Source: Thiotrichales bacterium
Lineage (GTDB): Bacteria; Pseudomonadota; Gammaproteobacteria; J044
Direction: 5' to 3'
DNA length: 44,320 bases
NCBI GenBank assembly: GCA_024762895.1
Contig: JANTGN010000001.1
Span: forward strand, 1 to 44,320
The notes beneath the pieces were generated by a model, which was given only the letters and a program-made list of their open reading frames with translations, did no database searches and was not told the origin of the DNA. A program made the position numbers and the translations under genes. Shown one piece after another: positions 38,590 through 44,320 of the stretch. Position 1 is the first letter of the stretch. Each line of letters starts with the position of its first letter.

Positions 38590-38808
38590 TTATTCATCGT
38601 TGACTGATTCCTGATATTCCCTCACCGCCTTCTGATCGGCATCATATTCCTGATCATAGGATCGATAGCATTCCTGTGGTATCAGGGTGTTTTCCAGGTT
38701 GCAGTTGCTGATCTTAATGTAGTTATAGGCGGAACGTTGAACTGTTTCGCCAGAGCAGCCGGTCAGTAAAAGCGCTATGATGGAAATCAATAAAATAATG
38801 TGATTCAT
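38590..38808 (-). CDS. small (72 aa) Cys-containing lipoprotein, hypothetical
   Basis: The internal Met gives MNHIILLISIIALLLTGCSG (signal peptide plus lipobox). The mature part has two further Cys and an acidic tail. It is visibly AT-rich. Its stop codon abuts the stop of the 35968-38589 gene. Confidence 0.45.
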   Translation of the reverse strand: MNHIILLISIIALLLTGCSGETVQRSAYNYIKISNCNLENTLIPQECYRSYDQEYDADQKAVREYQESVNDE

Positions 38809-38858
38809 AAGGCACGGGGATAAAATATATTTCTGTGTTTTTAACAATTTAAAAGACG

Positions 38859-39494
38859 ATGACACCAGATAGCCGATTAATGATAGCACCAGATTGCCCG
38901 CATTGCGGTAAGGTGACTGAAATTCTTACCGGTCTGGTCAAGGAAGGGCTGATTGGTCGGTTGGAAATAATTAATCTTTCCGTAAGGCCCGAGGCCGCAG
39001 CCGAAGCGGGTACGCGTAGCGTTCCCTGGTTTCGTATCGGTGAATTTGAATTCACGGGTGCACATACCGAGGGCGAGATCAGGGCATGGGTTGAAAAGGC
39101 CAGTCAGGGACAGGGCTGGGCAGCTTATTATCATGACCTGATTGATAACCGCGAACTGGGTGATGCCATCCAGTCATTACAGCAAAATCCCGAGCGTCTG
39201 TGTGAGCTGATTCAAACCCTGAGTGATAAAGATCTGCCCATGATCATCAAGATTGGCATAGGCGCCATACTCGAAGATTTTGAGAACTCCGGGCCTCTGC
39301 GCCGTTGTATTCCAGAATTGACCGAATTAAGCCAGTCGAATGATCCCGCTCTGAGGGCGGACGCCTGTCATTACCTGGGGCTGACCGGAACCCCCGAATT
39401 GATCCCCGCGATAGAGGCCCTGTTAAAGGATGCCGATCCCCATGTCAGAGAGATCGCTGAAGAAACTCTTGAAGAATTAAAAGCCCGGGCTTAG
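38859..39494 (+). CDS. thioredoxin-fold (CPHC) protein fused to HEAT-like repeats
   Basis: 211 aa. The N-terminal ~85 aa look like a small thioredoxin/glutaredoxin-like domain with CPHC. The C-terminus carries HEAT/PBS-lyase-like repeats (DPALRADACHYLGLTG...LLKDADPHVREIAEETL). The start may be the second Met at 38880. Confidence 0.55.
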   Translation: MTPDSRLMIAPDCPHCGKVTEILTGLVKEGLIGRLEIINLSVRPEAAAEAGTRSVPWFRIGEFEFTGAHTEGEIRAWVEKASQGQGWAAYYHDLIDNRELGDAIQSLQQNPERLCELIQTLSDKDLPMIIKIGIGAILEDFENSGPLRRCIPELTELSQSNDPALRADACHYLGLTGTPELIPAIEALLKDADPHVREIAEETLEELKARA

Positions 39495-39694
39495 GTGTAA
39501 CGCAAGGCCTGGTCTGGATCCTGACACCTGTAAGCTGATCCAGGTGATTACAATTACTCATGATCAAACTTCGCATCATTCGCTAGTCACCGATACAGGT
39601 CCTGATGACATCCCTTCTATAAAGAGCATTTTGAAAGAAGCCTCGTCGCTGGTAGTACTATAAAAAATACCGACAGGCGAGCCTGGTTGAGAGG

Positions 39695-39724
39695 ACAAAA
39701 AGAAGAGCCGCCCGAGGGCGGCTC
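39695..39724 (-). terminator. rho-independent terminator of the FadL-family gene
   Basis: On the minus strand there is a GAGCCGCC-ctcg-GGCGGCTC stem followed by TTCTTTTTGT, 28 nt after the stop codon. Confidence 0.7.
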
Positions 39725-39751
39725 AACACAAAGGTAAAGCTTAAGTTTTTA

Positions 39752-40996
39752 TTAGAACTTGAAGTTCAGGCCTGCAGTAAAGGCAGTCTGGCTGTGCTTC
39801 GTGGTGATGACAACAGGATTGAACGCAGGATCAAAGCTGTCGTACTCTGTCTTCTTCTCAGGCGCATAGGTGAATGCGAGATCCAGCCCCATCTTCTTGT
39901 TGAAGTAATAAGAACCACCCACGGTCACGTGCTGCTCAACGGTGGCTGGGAAGCCTACTGCGTTGAAGTAATTACGTGAAGGATTACCGTTCATAGGATT
40001 TGAAACATCCATATTTTCAATGGGTGCCTTGCCATAGTTATAACCGGCACGTACCGCCCATACCGGGGTCGCGAACTGGTAGCCCAGGGCTACGACATTC
40101 TGGTTCTTCCAGCCAAACTCTTTCCAGCCCTTGGCATCGCCGTACTTGATGGTCTTGGCATCCAGTGCAATGGTGTGGTTGCCACCAAATGCATAGGAGA
40201 AGCCCAGGCCATATTCGGCAGGAACATCCAGGCGATTTTCAGTGACATCCATGATGCCGTAACTCATCAGGATATCAGGATCCAGTGCAGGCTGGCCCTT
40301 GTATTCCATCTTGATGCCGCTCTTATACACAGCACCAAAGGTGAAGCCACCGGTCTGGTAGGCCAGGCCCAGGTTGGCACCAAAGCTCAGATCCTGAGAG
40401 ACACCGGCTCCAACAGCACTCGTAGGCTCGCCAGTTGCAGGATCATAGGAAGTATTCCATTGGGTATCCAGGGCGCCATAGTTCAGGACGGGAGCAATAC
40501 CAATGCTGAAACCACCGAATTGACCGGTCAGGGGTACAGCTAACTGCAGGGCCTGGTAGTTGGTAACCATTTGAGAAGTGCCATTGTTGGTGGCATCGCG
40601 GTAATCCACACCCAGACCTGAAGCACCCCACATGCCGATACCCCAGTAGAAGTTATCGGTGGCCTTCATGGCAAAGCCGACTTCAGGGACAACAAACATA
40701 TCGGCTTCGCTGTCTTCCATTTTTCCACCAAAGGCAGGATTGGTGTTGCCACCATCGGTGCTGACCTTGGGCATAAAGAAGGTGCCACCAAAGGATACTT
40801 CAGTAGCTTCAACAGAAGAGATCAGGGCGGGATTAGGCAGACCAGATTCTGCGCCCCAGGGCATGCCAATACCGACGCCGCCCATACCGCGTGACTGTGC
40901 ACCCATACCGATCAGGTTAACGCCATTCGTGGCATAGACAGATGTGCTTCCAATGGCCAGAGCAACAGCGACTGTCAGTTTTAAAGATCTTTTCAT
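39752..40996 (-). CDS. outer membrane transport protein, FadL/OmpP1/TodX family
   Basis: 414 aa with a signal peptide (LTVAVALAIGSTSVYA), Gly/aromatic-rich beta-strand pattern and a C-terminal ...GLNFKF with terminal Phe. Confidence 0.85.
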   Translation of the reverse strand: MKRSLKLTVAVALAIGSTSVYATNGVNLIGMGAQSRGMGGVGIGMPWGAESGLPNPALISSVEATEVSFGGTFFMPKVSTDGGNTNPAFGGKMEDSEADMFVVPEVGFAMKATDNFYWGIGMWGASGLGVDYRDATNNGTSQMVTNYQALQLAVPLTGQFGGFSIGIAPVLNYGALDTQWNTSYDPATGEPTSAVGAGVSQDLSFGANLGLAYQTGGFTFGAVYKSGIKMEYKGQPALDPDILMSYGIMDVTENRLDVPAEYGLGFSYAFGGNHTIALDAKTIKYGDAKGWKEFGWKNQNVVALGYQFATPVWAVRAGYNYGKAPIENMDVSNPMNGNPSRNYFNAVGFPATVEQHVTVGGSYYFNKKMGLDLAFTYAPEKKTEYDSFDPAFNPVVITTKHSQTAFTAGLNFKF

Positions 40997-41063
40997 TAAG
41001 GGACTCCCTATGATTGATTAATTAGTTGTCGCAAAACATATTATTATTTTTGTGTCGGACGCA

Positions 41064-41093
41064 TTTATATCAGAGTTCTTCTGTTCAGAACAA
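41064..41093 (-). promoter_or_regulatory. candidate sigma70 promoter of the FadL-family gene, with a palindrome in the spacer
   Basis: On the minus strand: TTGTTC, an 18-nt spacer, then TATAAA. The 12-bp palindrome TTCTG-TT-CAGAA (41079-41090) spans the upstream part of the spacer and the 3' end of the -35 hexamer. Confidence 0.35.
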
Positions 41094-41545
41094 GGATTTA
41101 TTAAACTTTTTTGAACGTATAAGTATCTGTCTTTATTAGTAATTTATGATAAAGGTTATTAGTGAATGCTAATATAGATGGTTTGCTCGATTTAACTTCT
41201 TTCAGCCAAGGAAAATACTGGGTGGTTCAGCTGGCATACTGAAATAATCAATCTGAGTTGTCGGACGAGCGGCCAGTATTCTGTGATTAAACCCTTCAGT
41301 CAGCTGAAGAAAGTTAAAAACCGGAGGAACAGAATTACAGCATGCCAATGTCTGAGTTGGGACCCAATAGGTCGAAATGTGGATGCTAATGAGGCAACAG
41401 GGATAACTATTAAGGCATGTTCAGTCTAAGACTCGACCTGTAAAAGGTAATCATGAAGACTAAATCAAGAACGAATCAATGGCGTATGCCAGAGACCTAT
41501 GACAGGTATTTAGAAAATAGTTATTAATATCAAAGAGATAAATAA

Positions 41546-41632
41546 TGGTGCCGAGAAGAGGACTTGAACCTCCACGGGGTTACCCCCACTAGCACCTGAA
41601 GCTAGCGCGTCTACCAATTCCGCCACCTCGGC
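41546..41632 (-). tRNA. tRNA-Leu (anticodon CAG)
   Basis: The reverse complement is GCCGAGGTGGCGGAATTGGTAGACGCGCTAGCTTCAGGTGCTAGTGGGGGTAACCCCGTGGAGGTTCAAGTCCTCTTCTCGGCACCA. I folded it by hand: 7-bp acceptor stem, anticodon loop TTCAGGT, long variable arm, T-loop TTCAAGT and an encoded CCA. It is near-identical in the 5' half to E. coli tRNA-Leu(CAG). Confidence 0.93.
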
Positions 41633-41658
41633 ATGGTGCGAAATACCAGGAGGCGCGC

Positions 41659-41687
41659 ACTTTACGCCGAGTTTTTAATAAAGTCAA
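41659..41687 (-). promoter_or_regulatory. candidate sigma70 promoter of tRNA-Leu with a GC-rich discriminator
   Basis: On the minus strand: TTGACT, a 17-nt spacer, then TAAAGT, followed by GCGCGCC (a stringent-type discriminator). It lies about 20 nt upstream of the mature tRNA 5' end. Confidence 0.5.
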
Positions 41688-41755
41688 ACGCTTGTGGGCT
41701 TGTCGGGTAGAAGCCTGTATGATGACTTTTTTGCCCGCAACGGGCCCAGCTAATA

Positions 41756-44077
41756 ATGAGTATGAGTATTAAAGATAAAGATCCCCACCACCAGCGCGAA
41801 TCTGAGCGCTATGAGCGTCCCATCCCCAGTCGTGAATTCATCCTGCAGGTTATACGCGAACAATCCGGGCCACTGACCTACGAAGAACTGATCCCCATTC
41901 TGGAACTGCATGATCCAGAGCAGCAGGAGGCTTTGCTCAGGCGTTTGCGTGCGATGGAGCGAGATGGTCAGCTAATACGCAATCGGCGTAAGGGCTATGT
42001 ACCCATTGATCAGAAGGAGTTGATTACCGGTCGAATTACCGGCCATCCCGATGGTTTTGGTTTTCTGATTCCGGATGGGGGAGGTGGTGATCTGTTTCTC
42101 TCACCACGCCAGATGCGCCAGGTACTCCATGGTGATCGGGCCGTTGCCCGCGAGACCGGGGTGGACCGTCGTGGCCGACGAGAAGGTACTATCATCGAGG
42201 TGATAGAGCGTCATAACCAGAGCATCGTTGGTCGCTATTTCACCGAGGGTGGTATTGGTTTTGTCGCGGCAGACAACAAGCGTATCAGCCAGGATATTCT
42301 GATTCCCCCAGATAACCAGGGCGAGGCCAAGCCAGGCCAGATCGTTGTAGTGGCGCTGATAGAACAGCCTACTAAACGTACCCAGCCTATTGGCAAGATC
42401 GTTGAAGTGCTGGGTGATCAGAGGGCGCCCGGTATGGAGATCGATATAGCCATTCGATCCCATGGACTGCCTTTTGAATGGCCAGAGGCCGTGCAAGATG
42501 AGGCCACGGCCTTTGGAACCGAGGTCGCTGAGGAGGCCAAACAGGGGCGCCTGGATCTGCGTGAGGTTCCGTTGGTTACCATTGATGGTGAGGATGCACG
42601 TGATTTTGATGACGCCGTCTATTGTGAAAGTACCGACAAGGGCTGGCGCCTGTTCGTGGCCATTGCGGATGTCTCACACTATGTTTTGCCGGGTCAGGCC
42701 CTGGATACTGAGGCCCACCAGCGAGGAAACTCCGTCTACTTCCCCGAACAGGTGGTCCCGATGCTGCCCGAGGTATTATCCAACGGCCTGTGTTCACTGA
42801 ACCCAATGGTTGATCGCCTGTGTATGGTCTGTGAGATGCAGGTCTCGGAAAAAGGCAAGCTGGAAAGCTGGCAGTTCCATGAGGCCGTGATGTGTTCAGC
42901 GGCCCGGCTGACTTACAACGAAGTAGCGGCGATGGTAGTCGATCGTGACATGGAGGCTCGGCGAAAGCATCCTGAGCTGGTTAATCACCTGGACCGCCTG
43001 TATGAGCTGTTTCATGCCTTGTATAAAGCAAGAAAAAAGCGCGGTGCCATCGATTTCGAGACCACCGAGACCAAGATAGTCTTTGATAAAGATCGTAAAA
43101 TAGAAAAGATTGTGCCGGTCTATCGTAATGATGCCCATCGCATCATCGAGGAATGCATGATCACGGCCAATGTGGCTGCAGCGCGTTTCCTGGAAAAGAA
43201 CAAGATACCCGCCCTGTACCGTATTCATGAAGGTCCCGCAGTTGAAAAGCTTGAGGACCTACGCAGTTTTCTGTCAGAGCTGGGTTTAAGTCTGGGTGGT
43301 GGAGATGAACCTCAGCCACGGGACTATGGACACTTGCTGGAGAAGGTCAGGGCTCGCCCCGATGCACATCTGATACAGACCGTCATGCTGCGTTCTTTAC
43401 GCCAGGCCGTTTACTCACCAGATAATAGCGGTCATTTTGGTCTGGCCCTGAAGGCCTATGGGCATTTCACCTCACCGATACGACGTTATCCGGATCTGCT
43501 GGTTCACCGGGCCATTCGTCATCTCTTGGGTGGTGGAACCCCGGATAATTACATCTACACCCATGCTGACATGGCCCTGCTGGGTGAGCATTGTTCATTG
43601 ACCGAGCGGCGTGCCGATGAGGCGACTCGAGACACCATCGACTGGCTCAAGTGTGAGTATATGCAGGACAAGCTGGGAGAGACCTTCACGGGCCGGATCA
43701 GTTCGGTCACTTCGTTCGGTTTGTTTGTGGAACTGGATGAGATCTTTGTTGAAGGCCTGGTTCATGTCACCTCGCTAAGCAGTGATTACTATACCTTTGA
43801 CTCCGTGCACCATCGTATGACGGGTGAGCGCTCAGGGCGTAGCTATCGCCTAGGTGATCCGATCAAGGTGGTCGTGGCGCGTGTCGACCTGGATGAAAAG
43901 AAGATCGATTTTCAGCCGGTTGAGCAGCCGGGTGTTGAGCCTGAAGGTGATCAAAAGAAAAAGCCCAGGAGTAAAAAAAGAAAGGGCGGCCACCGTGATC
44001 GTTCGCGGGGCAAGGGTTCAAAGGACAAAGGGCAGGAAAAACCCAGGGCCAAAGGTGGTAAAAGGAAGGCACGATAG
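41756..44077 (+). CDS. rnr: ribonuclease R
   Basis: 773 aa with cold-shock-like N-terminal domains, an RNB catalytic domain (HFGLALKAYGHFTSPIRRYPDLLVHR), an S1 domain and a Lys/Arg-rich C-terminal tail. Confidence 0.95.
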   Translation: MSMSIKDKDPHHQRESERYERPIPSREFILQVIREQSGPLTYEELIPILELHDPEQQEALLRRLRAMERDGQLIRNRRKGYVPIDQKELITGRITGHPDGFGFLIPDGGGGDLFLSPRQMRQVLHGDRAVARETGVDRRGRREGTIIEVIERHNQSIVGRYFTEGGIGFVAADNKRISQDILIPPDNQGEAKPGQIVVVALIEQPTKRTQPIGKIVEVLGDQRAPGMEIDIAIRSHGLPFEWPEAVQDEATAFGTEVAEEAKQGRLDLREVPLVTIDGEDARDFDDAVYCESTDKGWRLFVAIADVSHYVLPGQALDTEAHQRGNSVYFPEQVVPMLPEVLSNGLCSLNPMVDRLCMVCEMQVSEKGKLESWQFHEAVMCSAARLTYNEVAAMVVDRDMEARRKHPELVNHLDRLYELFHALYKARKKRGAIDFETTETKIVFDKDRKIEKIVPVYRNDAHRIIEECMITANVAAARFLEKNKIPALYRIHEGPAVEKLEDLRSFLSELGLSLGGGDEPQPRDYGHLLEKVRARPDAHLIQTVMLRSLRQAVYSPDNSGHFGLALKAYGHFTSPIRRYPDLLVHRAIRHLLGGGTPDNYIYTHADMALLGEHCSLTERRADEATRDTIDWLKCEYMQDKLGETFTGRISSVTSFGLFVELDEIFVEGLVHVTSLSSDYYTFDSVHHRMTGERSGRSYRLGDPIKVVVARVDLDEKKIDFQPVEQPGVEPEGDQKKKPRSKKRKGGHRDRSRGKGSKDKGQEKPRAKGGKRKAR

Positions 44078-44079
44078 AC

Positions 44080-44320
44080 ATGGCTGAGATCGAATATCTC
44101 TTCGGCATTCATGCCGTACAGTCGGCGCTTAGGAATGATGCGCGACATGTTGATCAGATATGGATGGATCAGAAACGGCACGATCGTCGTATCAAGGAAC
44201 TGGCCATTCAGGCCGAAAAGAGCGGGGTGCCGGTCAGACGCGTAGATGCCCGGAACCTGGATAAATTATCTTCGGGACAGCGACACCAGGGAGTGGTGGC
44301 ACAGTATGAATCCGTCAGTC
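44080..44320 (+). CDS. rlmB: 23S rRNA (guanosine2251-2'-O)-methyltransferase RlmB, N-terminal part (runs off the right edge)
   Basis: The frame is open from the ATG at 44080 to the window end. My hand translation is MAEIEYLFGIHAVQSALRNDARHVDQIWMDQKRHDRRIKELAIQAEKSGVPVRRVDARNLDKLS..QRHQGVVA. It is in the conserved rnr-rlmB order, 2 nt after the rnr stop. Confidence 0.85.
   Translation, partial: MAEIEYLFGIHAVQSALRNDARHVDQIWMDQKRHDRRIKELAIQAEKSGVPVRRVDARNLDKLSSGQRHQGVVAQYESVS

Noticed and set aside
39495-39694. About 200 nt convergent spacer after the thioredoxin/HEAT gene, with alternative inverted repeats (CTGGATC..GATCCAG, ACCTG..CAGGT)
   Set aside because: The stems are short with no U-tract, and there is no ORF or recognisable RNA motif. 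It is most simply a weak or Rho-dependent termination region.
41342-41527. Micro-ORFs in the tRNA-adjacent spacer: 15 codons at 41342-41389 (MPMSELGPNRSKCGC, with GGAGG 14 nt upstream) and 24 codons at 41453-41527 (MKTKSRTNQWRMPETYDRYLENSY)
   Set aside because: They are too short, and their ribosome-binding spacing or strength is suboptimal, so they cannot be called from sequence alone. I kept them only as part of the spacer finding.
39752-41545. Idea that the tRNA-Leu-proximal DNA, including the FadL-family gene, is an intact genomic island
   Set aside because: There is no integrase, no other mobility gene, and no direct repeat of the tRNA 3' end that I could find by eye downstream of the tRNA 3' end (lower coordinates), back to about 39.5 kb. 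The FadL-family gene does not look compositionally deviant. At most a decayed remnant is plausible.

Overview
The window reads as a core-chromosome segment of a flagellated gammaproteobacterium. By eye it is about half G+C; I did not compute this. Nearly all of it is densely packed housekeeping genes in familiar synteny blocks: dxs-ispA-xseB, radA, yfjD-ypjD/ffh (the same neighbourhood as in E. coli), rpsP-rimM-trmD-rplS, htpG, trmO, ycgN, hslR, pcnB-folK-(dNK)-panB-panC-panD, tRNA-Leu(CAG) and rnr-rlmB.

Signalling and envelope genes are interspersed:
- a four-gene TRAP transporter cluster that includes a TatT-like TPR lipoprotein
- a dCache-PAS-GGEEF sensor
- a GAF-PAS-PAS-GGDEF-EAL protein
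- a class-II-type cyclic nucleotide phosphodiesterase
- a Crp/Fnr-family regulator next to a methyl-accepting chemotaxis protein
- a FadL-family outer membrane channel

I saw no CRISPR array, transposase, integrase, prophage genes, toxin-antitoxin pair or recognisable defence genes, and I cannot point to a convincing large novel system. The items most worth a second look are small:
1. A perfect (GTCAGCC)x7 microsatellite plus an AT-rich tract upstream of the Crp/Fnr-MCP pair.
2. A two-gene module with its own promoter, encoding a 78-aa protein whose termini look like flagellar rod/hook protein termini, followed by a SprA-related HExxH protein.
3. About 450 bp of AT-rich, repeat-containing, ORF-free DNA abutting the 3' end of tRNA-Leu.
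4. The TatT-associated TRAP cluster with a co-directional Cache-GGDEF sensor.
5. Several uncharacterised envelope proteins.

All calls rest on reading the supplied translations and the DNA by eye. Small-motif coordinates were hand-counted. No database search was possible.
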